Shown: positions 19,296-29,192, counted from the stretch's first letter. The stretch is DNA of 64,000 nt from Candidatus Latescibacterota bacterium (GCA_965215195.1 CBDCDC010000001.1:1184001-1248000); one strand, 5' to 3'. Notes: generated by a model not told the origin, from the letters alone. Numbers and translations: made by a program.

Positions 19296-20900
19296 ATGAC
19301 GACCACAACCATGCGTTTCTTCAATACGGCCGGCCCGATCAAGACGGACATCCACTACCACGTCCCGCTCCTATCGCGGCTCAACATTGACGACCTGCTA
19401 TTGCTCATCCGGCAGGAGAAGTACTTCGTTCTGCACGCACCGCGGCAGACGGGCAAGACCTCGGCGTTGTTCGCCTTGAGGGATCAATTAAACGCCGGTG
19501 GCGAGTTCCGCTGTGTGTACGCGAACATTGAGGCTGCCCAGACGTCTCGGGAGGACGTGGCGCGGGCGATGCGGGCGATCCTCACCGAACTACAGCTTGT
19601 GGCGCTCGAGACGCTGGGCGATGAGTCGCTGGCGGCCCTGTGTCCCGGGGTGCTGGAGGAGGCGGGGCCGGATGGGGCGCTCCGGGTAGTGCTGGCGCGC
19701 TGGGCGGCTGCCGATCCCAAGCCACTGGTGCTGCTGCTCGACGAGATCGACTCACTGGTCGGCGACAGCCTGTTGTCGGTGCTGCGGCAGCTACGCGCCG
19801 GCTACCCGGAGCGCCCGCGTCGCTTCCCGCAGAGCGCGATCTTGTGCGGGGTGCGCGACGTGCGCGACTACCGCATTCAGTCGTCCGTGGAAAACGCCAT
19901 CGTCGCCGGGGGCAGCGCGTTCAACATCCGCGCCGAGTCTCTGCGGCTCGGAGATTTTTCGCGCCAGGAGGTTGAGTCCCTGCTGGCGCAGCACACCGAG
20001 GAGACTGGCCAGGCCTTCACGGGCGAGGCGCGTACCGCGATTTGGGAGCTGACTCAAGGCCAGCCGTGGCTGGTCAACGCCTTGGCGTACGAAGCCTGCT
20101 TCAAAAACAAGGCCGGGCGGGACCGCGGCCGGCCCATTTCTGTCGCCGCCATCCAAGACGCGCACGAGCAATTGATCCTGCGCCGGGAGACGCATCTGGA
20201 CCAACTCACCGACAAACTCCAAGAGGAGCGGGTGCGCCGGGTGATTGAGCCGCTGCTGAGCGGTACCACCGAGGCTGCCGCGATTGCCGACGACGATCTG
20301 CAGTACGTGCGCGATCTCGGTCTGGTCGGCCTTGGCAAGCCAGTGGCCATCGCCAACCCGATCTACCGCGAGGTGATCCCGCGCGCCCTGACTTGGACCA
20401 CGCAGGAGATGGTGATTCACGACGATCCGGCTTGGTATATCGCGGACGACGGGGCGCTGGAGGTGGACAAGTTGCTGGCGGCGTTCCAAGAATTTTTCCG
20501 CGAGCACTCCGAGCACTGGGTGGAGCGCTTCCAGTACAAAGAGGCCGGTCCCCAGTTGCTGCTACAGGCGTTTTTGCAGCGCATCGTCAACAGCGGCGGG
20601 CGCATTGAGCGCGAGTACGGCTTGGGTCGGCGGCGCACGGATTTGCTGCTGGTGTGGCCGGTGGGCGGGGATACCGGCAGGACGCAGAAGGTGGTGATTG
20701 AGTGCAAGGTGCTGCATCGGGGGCTGGAGCGGACGCTGCGCGAAGGACTGGCGCAGACGCGGGCCTACATGGACTGCTGCGCGGCAGCGGAAGGGCACCT
20801 CGTGCTCTTCGATCGCACCAAGGGCAAGTCGTGGGACGACAAGGTGTATCGCCGCGAGGAAGCCGAAGGCGGCGCACCGGTCGCGGTGTGGGGAATGTGA
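19296..20900 (+). CDS. AAA+ ATPase fused to C-terminal PD-(D/E)xK nuclease
   Basis: Walker A APRQTGKTS, Walker B LLLDEID, C-terminal REY..RTDL..VIECK; AGGAG RBS. Confidence 0.85.
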   Translation: MTTTTMRFFNTAGPIKTDIHYHVPLLSRLNIDDLLLLIRQEKYFVLHAPRQTGKTSALFALRDQLNAGGEFRCVYANIEAAQTSREDVARAMRAILTELQLVALETLGDESLAALCPGVLEEAGPDGALRVVLARWAAADPKPLVLLLDEIDSLVGDSLLSVLRQLRAGYPERPRRFPQSAILCGVRDVRDYRIQSSVENAIVAGGSAFNIRAESLRLGDFSRQEVESLLAQHTEETGQAFTGEARTAIWELTQGQPWLVNALAYEACFKNKAGRDRGRPISVAAIQDAHEQLILRRETHLDQLTDKLQEERVRRVIEPLLSGTTEAAAIADDDLQYVRDLGLVGLGKPVAIANPIYREVIPRALTWTTQEMVIHDDPAWYIADDGALEVDKLLAAFQEFFREHSEHWVERFQYKEAGPQLLLQAFLQRIVNSGGRIEREYGLGRRRTDLLLVWPVGGDTGRTQKVVIECKVLHRGLERTLREGLAQTRAYMDCCAAAEGHLVLFDRTKGKSWDDKVYRREEAEGGAPVAVWGM

Positions 20901-20922
20901 TGGGCATACAGGGGCCGCTGTT

Positions 20923-21021
20923 TTTGCGTAACGCTATCCATAGGAGCTTTCGATTTGCCGAGAACAACGTACGAAGGAAACGCCGCGAGCTGGCAGCCGG
21001 TGGGTTCGGACGAGTGCGCCG
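20923..21021. repeat. Direct repeat copy 2 (contains RBS and start of the oxygenase gene)
   Basis: Matches copy 1 at offset 1757 bp. Confidence 0.95.
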
Positions 21022-21776
21022 ACCCGCTCCGCGCCTTGGCCCGGGCGGATATACCGGCGATCCTGCTGCCCCAAGTTTGCACGCCAGCCGATTGCCAGCG
21101 GCTGATGGAGCGCTTGGGCGAGCGCGGGTTGCTGCGCGCCCCGGGCGACGAGCGCACGCGCATCGACATTGGCACTAGCCTCGGCAACATGGGCGGCGAC
21201 CAAGCGGCATTCTTGGCTCATGCGGAGGAGACGCACGCGCTTTTTGCTACCCTCTTCGCAGGCTTGCTCGATCCAGTGCAGCTACTCTATCGGCACTTGC
21301 AGGCGTTGGCACCCGACAAGGCGGTTAAGACAGCGCGCGAGCGCGACGGACGCTTGTATGGCCCAGCTATCTTTCGCATCCACTACGAGACCCACGCCTA
21401 TAGTCCGCACATCGACCACGTGGTCCTGCGCGAAAAGCGATTCAACTATGAGGTGGTGCGCTTTACCCATCAATTTGCCGGTGTGCTGTGTGTGCAGAAC
21501 GCGGCCGCGCAGGGAGCGGGCGTGCAAGCCGTGTTGCACCGTTGCTTGTGGAGCGAGGAGATACAGCCGCATATCGCCGAGGGCCGTTTTCACGAGTACG
21601 CGGCCGCGCACGGCGTGGACCACTGCGAGGTCGCGCTCGAGCCGGGCGATCTGTACTTCTTCAATACGCGCTGCATCCACGAGGTCCCAGCCGTGCAGGG
21701 GGACGATCCGCGAGTGGTGCTCGCCGTCTTTATTGGCTATGCCGACGACGACGAAGAAATCTACGTGTGGTCTTAA
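20955..21776 (+). CDS. Putative Fe(II)/2OG-dependent oxygenase
   Basis: PHID and EPGDLYFFNTRCIHEV facial-triad pattern, terminal RVV; TTG start after AGGAG. Confidence 0.65.
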   Translation: MPRTTYEGNAASWQPVGSDECADPLRALARADIPAILLPQVCTPADCQRLMERLGERGLLRAPGDERTRIDIGTSLGNMGGDQAAFLAHAEETHALFATLFAGLLDPVQLLYRHLQALAPDKAVKTARERDGRLYGPAIFRIHYETHAYSPHIDHVVLREKRFNYEVVRFTHQFAGVLCVQNAAAQGAGVQAVLHRCLWSEEIQPHIAEGRFHEYAAAHGVDHCEVALEPGDLYFFNTRCIHEVPAVQGDDPRVVLAVFIGYADDDEEIYVWS

Positions 21777-21779
21777 CCC

Positions 21780-22888
21780 GTGTTGCCGTTTACGCGCATC
21801 GTCCGCTCCTTGCCGCCGACCGTCCCCTTTGTGCCGCCCGAGGCGCTGGAAAGGCAGCAGGGACAGCCGCTCGCCCTGCGGGTTGGGGCCAATGAGAGCA
21901 ATTTCGGGATCTCGCCGCGGGCGCGGCAGGCCATGGTGGAGGCGGTGGAGCAAGTGCATTGGTACAACGACCCGGAGGGGTACGAGCTGCGCTCGGCGCT
22001 GGCGGTGCGGCACGAAGTGGCGCGGGAAGAGGTTGCCTTGGGCGCGGGCATTGACGAGTTGTTGGGGCTTTTGGTGCGTCTGTTTGCCGAGCCGGGCGAC
22101 GCAGTGGTGACCTCGCTGGGGGCCTATCCCACGTTCAACTACCACGTCAAGGGGCACGGGGCGGTGTTGCACAAGGTGCCCTATCGCGCGGATCGGGAGG
22201 ATTTGCCGGCCCTGTTGGCCAAGGCGCGGCAAGTGCGCCCCAAGCTGCTGTACGTGGCCAATCCCGACAATCCCATGGGCACCTATCAGCGGGCCGACGA
22301 GTTGCGGGATTTTAGCGCGGAGTTGCCGCCGGGCTGTGCGTTGCTGCTCGACGAGGCGTACAGCGACTTCGCGCCCGCAGACGCGCACCTGCCGCTAGAA
22401 GTGGAGCGGGCACAGGTGGTGCGGCTGCGGACGTTTTCCAAGGCGCACGGCATGGCCGGGGCTAGAATTGGCTACGCGCTGGCGCACCGCGACATGGTGG
22501 CCGCGCTCGACAAGGTCCGCAATCACTTTGGCGTCAACCGCATTGCCCAAGCCGGGGCGCTCGCTTCGCTGGGCGACGACGAGTTTGTACGGGAGGTGGT
22601 GCGGCAAGTGGAGGAAGGCCGGCGGGAATACGCGGCACTGGCGGCGGAATTGGAGCTGAAAACAGTGCTTCGGCGACTAATTTCGTGGCGCTCGACGTGG
22701 GCAGTGGCCAGCGAGCGCGGCGCCTGATGCAGGTGCTTTTGCAGCACGGAGTCTTCGTGCGGATGCCGGGCGTGGCTCCGCTCGACCGCTGCATCCGCCT
22801 GACCGTGGGGCCAGCAGCCGAGCGGCAAGCCTTTGCGCGGGTGTTGCGCGAGGTGTTGCCGCAATTAAATGAGGATGGATGCAGATGA
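21780..22888 (+). pseudogene. HisC-like class I/II aminotransferase with a 1-bp deletion near 22668
   Basis: GANES, NPDNPMG, DEAY, RTFSKAHG; GTGCTTCGGCGACTAATTTC needs one base to read VPSATNF; C-terminus continues in ORF 22685..22888. Confidence 0.8.
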
Positions 22889-24243
22889 CCGCCACCGACC
22901 CAGCCCTCCTCCACCGCGACCCGCAATACGCCTACCCGGTTCTCGTCAAGGGCGAAGGGATTTACTTGTACGACGAAGCCGGTCGGCGCTATATCGACGG
23001 CACGGCCGGGGCCGGCAACGTCACCTTGGGCCACGGCCGCCATGCCATCGTCGAGGCCATGGCCGCCCAAGGACGGGAGTTGGCCTATTGCTTTTCGACG
23101 TTCTTTACCAATCAGCCGGCCCTTGAGTACGCCCGCTGCTTGGCCGAACTGGCCCCCGGGGATTTGAACCACGCGTACTTTGTCTCAGGCGGCTCCGAAG
23201 GCGTGGAGACGGCCATTAAACTGGCTCGCTTGTACCATTTGCAGCGGGGGCAAGCGCAAAAGCACCAGATCATTGGTCGTTGGCGCGGCTATCACGGCGC
23301 TACTTTGGGGGCCCTAGCAGCTACCGGGATGCCGGGGCTGCGGGGCCCCTTTGAGCCGTATCTGCCGGCTTTTCCGCACATTGCCTCGTGCTATCCCTAT
23401 CGCTGCGCTTTCGTCGGTTGCCAAGATCGCTGCAATTTGACCTGCGCCCGCCAGTTAGAAGAGACCATCCGCGAGGTAGGAGCCGACAACATCGCCGCCT
23501 TTATCGCCGAACCGGTGGTCATGGCCGGGATCGCCGCCGGGGTTCCGCCGCCCGATTACTACCCCCTCATCCGCCAAATCTGCGACGAGCACGACGTCCT
23601 CTTTATCGCCGACGAGATCATCACCGGCTTTGGCCGCACCGGCAAACTCTTTGCCATTGAGCACTGGGATGTGGTGCCCGATATGGTCGTTTTCGGCAAA
23701 GGGGCCAGCAGTGGGTATGCGCCCTTGGGGGGTGTCTTGCTGAGCGAACAGATGCGGCGGGGTCTCACTCGCAGCGGCCAAGCCTTGCCGCACGTTTTTA
23801 CCTATGTCAACAACCCAGTGGCTATGCGCGCTGGCTTGGCCGTACTGGAGTTGCTAAAAGAAGAAGGCATCGTGGAACACGCCGCTCAGGTCGGGGCCTA
23901 TTTGCAGGAAAAGGCCGAGGGCTTGACGCGCCATCCTTGCGTTGGCCAAGTGCGCGGCAAGGGCCTGATGCTGGGCATTGAACTGGTACAGGATCGCCGC
24001 CGCCGCGCGCCTTTTCCTCCCGAGTGGGGCGCGGCGCGGCGCGTACCGCAACTCACCTTGGAACGGGGACTGGCTATTGCGGGCACGAGTGGGGGCGCCG
24101 ACTGGGTCGGGGGCGATGATTTGCGCTTCTACCCGCCGCTGATCATTACGCGAGAACAGCTCGACGAATCCTTGGCTATCATCGACGAGTGTTTGGGATT
24201 GCTAAAAGGGGAACTGCGGCAAAGGGGCTGGGAGCCGACCTAG
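22885..24243 (+). CDS. Class III PLP aminotransferase
   Basis: SGGSEG, YHG, FIADEIITGFGRTG, GKG. Confidence 0.9.
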   Translation: MTATDPALLHRDPQYAYPVLVKGEGIYLYDEAGRRYIDGTAGAGNVTLGHGRHAIVEAMAAQGRELAYCFSTFFTNQPALEYARCLAELAPGDLNHAYFVSGGSEGVETAIKLARLYHLQRGQAQKHQIIGRWRGYHGATLGALAATGMPGLRGPFEPYLPAFPHIASCYPYRCAFVGCQDRCNLTCARQLEETIREVGADNIAAFIAEPVVMAGIAAGVPPPDYYPLIRQICDEHDVLFIADEIITGFGRTGKLFAIEHWDVVPDMVVFGKGASSGYAPLGGVLLSEQMRRGLTRSGQALPHVFTYVNNPVAMRAGLAVLELLKEEGIVEHAAQVGAYLQEKAEGLTRHPCVGQVRGKGLMLGIELVQDRRRRAPFPPEWGAARRVPQLTLERGLAIAGTSGGADWVGGDDLRFYPPLIITREQLDESLAIIDECLGLLKGELRQRGWEPT

Positions 24244-24284
24244 TTCAGCGTTCCGCAACGGAAACCAATGGGCCAGATTGCCCA

Positions 24285-25811
24285 TCAGTGATCGCACGTA
24301 TGGTGCTTATCTACTTGTCTCCATATATGATTGTCCCAATCCCGTATCGGCTCTCGGGGCAGTAATTCCGCGAGCGTGAGGCTGGCTAGGTCGCGGCCGT
24401 TCTCTAGTGCCTTGTCGATAACGTCGCGTCCGCCTTTGATCTTCTTTTTTCCATGCACGATGGCCGAACGGACTCCATAGAAGGACTTTACTGTGTTGGA
24501 TATCCAGTCGCGTTTGTCGGGGCCTTGGCCGAGCAGTCGTTCTGCGCGGGCCGATAACTGGTGGGCCACTTTCTGTTTGATCGGACCGTACATGATCTCC
24601 AAGGCGATGGAGACATCGAGGATTCGATCCTCCGCACTAAAGGGGCCGCCGACCCGGGCAAAAGAGGCGGCGAGGCGGCGGATCGCAAGGTCGATAACAT
24701 CGCGCTTGCTGCGATAGGTGCACCAGTGGTTCGCCAATGCAGCGAAAGCAGCCGCGTCATGCGGATAGAGTTGGCGTTCCTTGGGCCATGCGTCGGACAA
24801 GGAGGCGAAGGTGCTGCGAGAACCGAACGCGAAGTTGGGATCAAGCTCCTCTACCCACTTGGCGACGCGGACAAAGCTCACATGCGAGATCAGCGGACTC
24901 TTCGTAGCGATCGACAGCAAATCCACTAGGACTTTGTTGTCGTCTGGAAAGCGGTCTGCAAGGTCGATCTCGTAGTCGCCGGGGAAGCGGTACTTGACTT
25001 TCGGGGCAACAGATCGGCGGGACTTATTGGAAAAATCGCCATCGTCCGGCGGGGGAGCGACCCCTGGCCCCCACCTTAGACCACGCACGAGCGCGGTCGT
25101 GCTCGCGGAACGGTTCTGGCCAGTGCCGTTGAGCCACTTCTCGGGTTCGTCGGGCAGGCCGTAGGTCGCCTTGGCGTCCTCGTAGGGCACCAGATAGGCT
25201 TCGCTGCCAAGATCGAAGCGCCTGTCGAGTTTTAAGCCGTGCAAGAGCGTGACCTCGTATGCCGGGAGATCGGCATCTGCTCCGGCCGTCAGGTAGCGGT
25301 GCAGTAGGTGCGCTGCCTGCTCTGCGCTGTCCTTCATAGCGCGTTTGGCCAGATGGGATACGAGGGACTTCAACTCGACGTAGAACCAGTCGTGCGTAGA
25401 CAGCATGAAGCCAACCCCTTCGCGCTTGCCCGAACCGATCAGTCCCGGTCGCAGCAAGGGATGCTCGCGCAGGATTGCTCTTGCTTCTACGGGGTCGGAC
25501 TTGAGCCAGAGGTGAGATTCTGCGAAGAGTTTTGCGGCGGCGGGATCGTGCTTTGCGCGTAGGGCGAGATCTCGGTATTGCCGGTGGATGCTCGGCCAGT
25601 ATTCGTCTAGCGGGCCGTAGTGTGGATTCTCTGGTGCAAAGGGGAAAGAGGGTCGCGCCTGCGCGGCAACATCTTCAAGCGCTGCGGCTAGCCGGCCGAT
25701 CCAATCTGTTGCGTTAAAGGCTGTGCCATTAGCTTGCGTACCCTGTCGGGTAAAGACGTGCCCTTTGGAGTTGCCCCAAGTTGCAGAGGTGCTTCCATAA
25801 TCATCAGGCAT
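24285..25811 (-). CDS. Stand-alone C-terminal HEPN-domain protein (ApeA-like)
   Basis: IALE..LSARA..FYGVRSAIVHG with intact RX4H; AAGGA RBS. Confidence 0.75.
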   Translation of the reverse strand: MPDDYGSTSATWGNSKGHVFTRQGTQANGTAFNATDWIGRLAAALEDVAAQARPSFPFAPENPHYGPLDEYWPSIHRQYRDLALRAKHDPAAAKLFAESHLWLKSDPVEARAILREHPLLRPGLIGSGKREGVGFMLSTHDWFYVELKSLVSHLAKRAMKDSAEQAAHLLHRYLTAGADADLPAYEVTLLHGLKLDRRFDLGSEAYLVPYEDAKATYGLPDEPEKWLNGTGQNRSASTTALVRGLRWGPGVAPPPDDGDFSNKSRRSVAPKVKYRFPGDYEIDLADRFPDDNKVLVDLLSIATKSPLISHVSFVRVAKWVEELDPNFAFGSRSTFASLSDAWPKERQLYPHDAAAFAALANHWCTYRSKRDVIDLAIRRLAASFARVGGPFSAEDRILDVSIALEIMYGPIKQKVAHQLSARAERLLGQGPDKRDWISNTVKSFYGVRSAIVHGKKKIKGGRDVIDKALENGRDLASLTLAELLPREPIRDWDNHIWRQVDKHHTCDH

Positions 25812-26004
25812 GATGCGTCCTTGCTGAATTGGGGGCCCGGCCAGTGGGACAGCCTACTCGCTTCTATTAGAAAAATAAGGCAAAAAGACCGGGTCAAGCG
25901 CACGAGCGGGGGCCGATACGGCCCCTAAAGGCCGGCCTTGTGCCAAGCGCGGGGATGCATTTTAGTAGCAAGTGATTCTGCGATTTTTCCAAGAGGATTG
26001 ACTA

Positions 26005-26898
26005 GTGAAGATACTGGTAGCGGGCAGCAGCGGGTTGATCGGTACGGCGCTCTGTAGTCGGCTGGAGCGCGATGGACACGAGGTGGTGCGCTTGGTGCGG
26101 CGACAGCCGGCGCAAGGGGCGTTGCGCTGGGATCCAGAGACTGGCGAGCTGGCGCAAGAGGCCCTAGAGGGGATAGAGGCCGCAGTGCATTTAGGGGGCC
26201 GGAACATCGCCGCCGGGCGCTGGACTGCAAGCGTCAAGGCGCAGTTGCGCCAGAGCCGGGTGCAGACGACCCAGCTGCTCGCTACGCGCTTGGCGGAATT
26301 GGCCGCGCCGCCGAAGGCGCTCATCTGCGCATCGGCTGTCGGCATTTACGGCAATCGGCGCGGCGAAGAGCTAGACGAGGAAAGCGATACTGGCGCGGGG
26401 TTTTTGGCCGAGTTGGGCCGAGCGTGGGAAGGGGCGAGCGCGGTGGCATCTGAAGCCGGCATCCGGGTTGTTCACGCCCGCTTGGGCGTCGTAATCAGCC
26501 GCGAGGGCGGGGCCTTGGCCAAGATGCTGTTGCCCTTCCGCCTCGGGGTGGGTGGCAAGGTCGGCGATGGCCGGCAGTACGTTAGCTGGATTAGCTTGGA
26601 GGACGCGGTGGCGGCACTGATCTATGCCGTGGAAAACGACGCCTTGTGCGGGCCGGTGAACCTGACCGCGCCACAGCCGGTGACCAACGCCGAGTTGACG
26701 CGGACATTGGGGCGCGTGTTGCGGCGGCCGACGCTGTTGCCGCTGCCGGCCTTTGCCGCCAAGGTGCTCTTGGGCGAGTTGGCCGAGGAGGGGTTGCTGG
26801 CCAGCCAGCGGGTGCGGCCAACGCGGCTGTTAGAGGCTGGTTTTGAGTTCGCGTACCCCGAATTGGAGAGTGCGTTGCGCCGGGCGTTGGCGCAGTGA
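26005..26898 (+). CDS. TIGR01777/YfcH NAD-dependent epimerase family protein
   Basis: MKILVAGSSGLIG, SAVGIYG, GDGRQYVSWI. Confidence 0.9.
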   Translation: MKILVAGSSGLIGTALCSRLERDGHEVVRLVRRQPAQGALRWDPETGELAQEALEGIEAAVHLGGRNIAAGRWTASVKAQLRQSRVQTTQLLATRLAELAAPPKALICASAVGIYGNRRGEELDEESDTGAGFLAELGRAWEGASAVASEAGIRVVHARLGVVISREGGALAKMLLPFRLGVGGKVGDGRQYVSWISLEDAVAALIYAVENDALCGPVNLTAPQPVTNAELTRTLGRVLRRPTLLPLPAFAAKVLLGELAEEGLLASQRVRPTRLLEAGFEFAYPELESALRRALAQ

Positions 26899-26903
26899 GC
26901 CTT

Positions 26904-27050
26904 ATGGACACAACACATAAAATGGCAATATCGGTGCCGAATGCGGTTAGTCTTTTTGCCGGAGCGGGTGGTTGCTCATTAGGGTTCCAGAAGGCTGGAT
27001 ATCAAATCCTGTATGCCTTGGATAGCGATATAGCGGCGGTTGAAACCTAA
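26904..27050 (+). pseudogene. 5' stub of a C5-cytosine DNA methyltransferase
   Basis: Hand translation MDTTHKMAISVPNAVSLFAGAGGCSLGFQKAGYQILYALDSDIAAVET*, covering motifs I-II; lower GC. Confidence 0.85.
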
Positions 27051-27073
27051 AAAATACAAGGAGCAGATTTCCT

Positions 27074-28471
27074 ATGAACATCATCGTCTTGGTCAGCGAC
27101 ACCTTTCGCTACGACTATCTGGGGTGCAACGGCAATAGGTGGATTGGCACGGCCGCGCTCGATCGCTTTGCCGAGCGGGCAGTGTGCTTCGACCGGCATT
27201 ACTTGTCGAGCTTTCCGACCATCCCCAACCGCACCGACCTTTTTACCGGCCGCTACAGCTTTCCATTCCACGGCTGGAAACCCCTCGACACAGACATCCC
27301 GGTGCTGAGCACGATTTTCGGCGCGGCCGGCTACCAGAGTCAACTCATCTGCGACACGCCGCATCTAATGAAGGGCGTCCACCATTTCGACCGGGGGTTT
27401 GACGGGGCGTATTGGATTCGGGGGCAGGAAGGGGACAAGCCGCTGCTGAAGGGCAACCTGCGGCCGCGCATGGAGGTGGCCGGGGAGAAGACGCGCGTCG
27501 ATCCGCATCTGGCGAACACGCGCTTTGGCAACTTGGCGACCCTGCATGCGTGGACCAACCGCGACTGGGCTTGGGAGGAGGACCGCTTTTGCGTGCGCAC
27601 GGCGCAGACGGCGAGCCGCTGGCTGGAGGAAAATCGCGGCTGCGAGCCGTTCTTGTTGTGGGTGGATTTCTTTGATGCGCACGAGCCGTGGGACCCGCCG
27701 GAACATCTCGTGGGCCGCTACGACTCATCGGGATACGATGGCCCGCCGATGATTCACCCGAATTACGGCCCGGCGACCGCCTATACCCAAGAGGAACTGG
27801 CCAATCTCCAAGCCCACTACGCGGCCGAGATTTACTTGGTCAACAAGTGGGTCGGCTACGTGTTGGACAAAATTGAAGAGCTCGGGCTGTTCGACAACAG
27901 CGTGGTTACTTTTACGTCGGATCACGGCATGTTCGTGGGCGAGCACAACCGCACGGGCAAGTCCAACATCCACACCGAGGACGAGCGCGTCTGGCCCCTG
28001 TACGAAGAGATCAGCCACATCCCGCTGATGATTGCCGCTCCCGAGGTTGCGGGCGGACAGCGGGTGAGCGCATTGACACAGTCGGTGGATTTGCTGCCGA
28101 CGCTGATGGCTTTAGCTGGCGTAGAAAAAAGTGATCTGAGGATGCACGGGCATTCGCTCGCGTCGCTGCTGACCGGACCGTCAGCGTGGCCGCGGCAGTA
28201 CGCGTTCAGCTCAACCTTTATCCGCAATGGCGGGCCGACGGTGACTGACGAGCACTGGACTTACTTAGCGCATGGCGAACACGGCGGCACACCCGAGCTG
28301 TACGACATTGAGGCCGACCCTCAGCAGCAGCAAAATGTGATCGGCGAGCATCCGGCCGTGGCCCAGCGGATGCAGCAAGCCCTAGCGGACTTTCTCGACG
28401 CGGTGGAGACGCCCGAGGAAAATCGCGCGTTGCTGGGGCCGGTTGGCGGGCCGGATTACGCTATCCCGTGA
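27074..28471 (+). CDS. Sulfatase/alkaline-phosphatase superfamily hydrolase
   Basis: NIIVLVSDTFRYD, TIPNR at the (C/S)xPxR position, DAHEPWDPP, TSDHG, ELYD..DP. Confidence 0.85.
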   Translation: MNIIVLVSDTFRYDYLGCNGNRWIGTAALDRFAERAVCFDRHYLSSFPTIPNRTDLFTGRYSFPFHGWKPLDTDIPVLSTIFGAAGYQSQLICDTPHLMKGVHHFDRGFDGAYWIRGQEGDKPLLKGNLRPRMEVAGEKTRVDPHLANTRFGNLATLHAWTNRDWAWEEDRFCVRTAQTASRWLEENRGCEPFLLWVDFFDAHEPWDPPEHLVGRYDSSGYDGPPMIHPNYGPATAYTQEELANLQAHYAAEIYLVNKWVGYVLDKIEELGLFDNSVVTFTSDHGMFVGEHNRTGKSNIHTEDERVWPLYEEISHIPLMIAAPEVAGGQRVSALTQSVDLLPTLMALAGVEKSDLRMHGHSLASLLTGPSAWPRQYAFSSTFIRNGGPTVTDEHWTYLAHGEHGGTPELYDIEADPQQQQNVIGEHPAVAQRMQQALADFLDAVETPEENRALLGPVGGPDYAIP

Positions 28472-28676
28472 AGAGGTCGAAGATGTGGCCGAGGCGCGAG
28501 CTGTCGGCTGCGTAGAATTCGGTGTAGCGGCACTGCTCGCAAGTTACGGTGGTCATCTTGCGGTTTTGCACGTCGAATATCTTGGACCAAAACCCGCCGG
28601 AGGCGCGGATTTCGCCGGTCTCGCAGGTGGTGTGATGGCATTTGGGGCATTCAAAGCGCAACGTAGGTGAGCTCAT
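28461..28676 (-). CDS. Zinc-ribbon domain protein (DUF2082-like)
   Basis: CPKC..SKIFDVQN..CEQCRYTEFY. Confidence 0.85.
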   Translation of the reverse strand: MSSPTLRFECPKCHHTTCETGEIRASGGFWSKIFDVQNRKMTTVTCEQCRYTEFYAADSSRLGHIFDLFTG

Positions 28677-28800
28677 GGGGCCTCGTGGGTGTAGGTGGAC
28701 GCTTGATTTTAAGCGGTGTGCAGGCGAGGGGCAAACGACCTCAACGCCTTGCGCGGTGAAGCGCGGGTCTGTTGAGTTTCCCCGCTATCAGGCGTTTTTC

Positions 28801-28825
28801 GCGGGCGAGACGCCCTCGTTCCCAG
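28801..28825 (+). repeat. REP-like palindrome
   Basis: GCGGGCGAGACGCCCTCGTTCCCAG; same family as 32855-32881 and 37236-37261. Confidence 0.7.
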
Positions 28826-28967
28826 ATGTTTTGAGCCGCTTGAGAGACTTAACGCTTCTAAGCGTTTCGCAGGGGGATAGATTGGATTTTTGCTGGGGGG
28901 AGGGAGAGGACGGGGGATTGGTCTGGCAGGTGTTTTTGCGTTGTCGCCCTGCTTTGGCGACGCGCCG

Positions 28968-29192
28968 TTAGGGGAGAACGGCGCGTCGCTCTACGCCGGC
29001 GAGTACCTCTTCGAGGGTCCACAATCGCTCGGCGTCAATGATGAGGGCTTCGACGATGAGGGGATGGGCCTTGATGGTATGCGAGTCGATAAACTCGAAA
29101 CTGGGCTGATCGCGCCCGAGCATTCCCCGATCCTCGATCACGGTGATCTCGTCTGGGGCACCCGAGGCTTCTACGTGGCGGTACAGTGGCAT
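28968..29192 (-). CDS. Small hypothetical protein
   Basis: 74 aa; AAGGAG RBS just before ATG; no motif recognised. Confidence 0.55.
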   Translation of the reverse strand: MPLYRHVEASGAPDEITVIEDRGMLGRDQPSFEFIDSHTIKAHPLIVEALIIDAERLWTLEEVLAGVERRAVLP

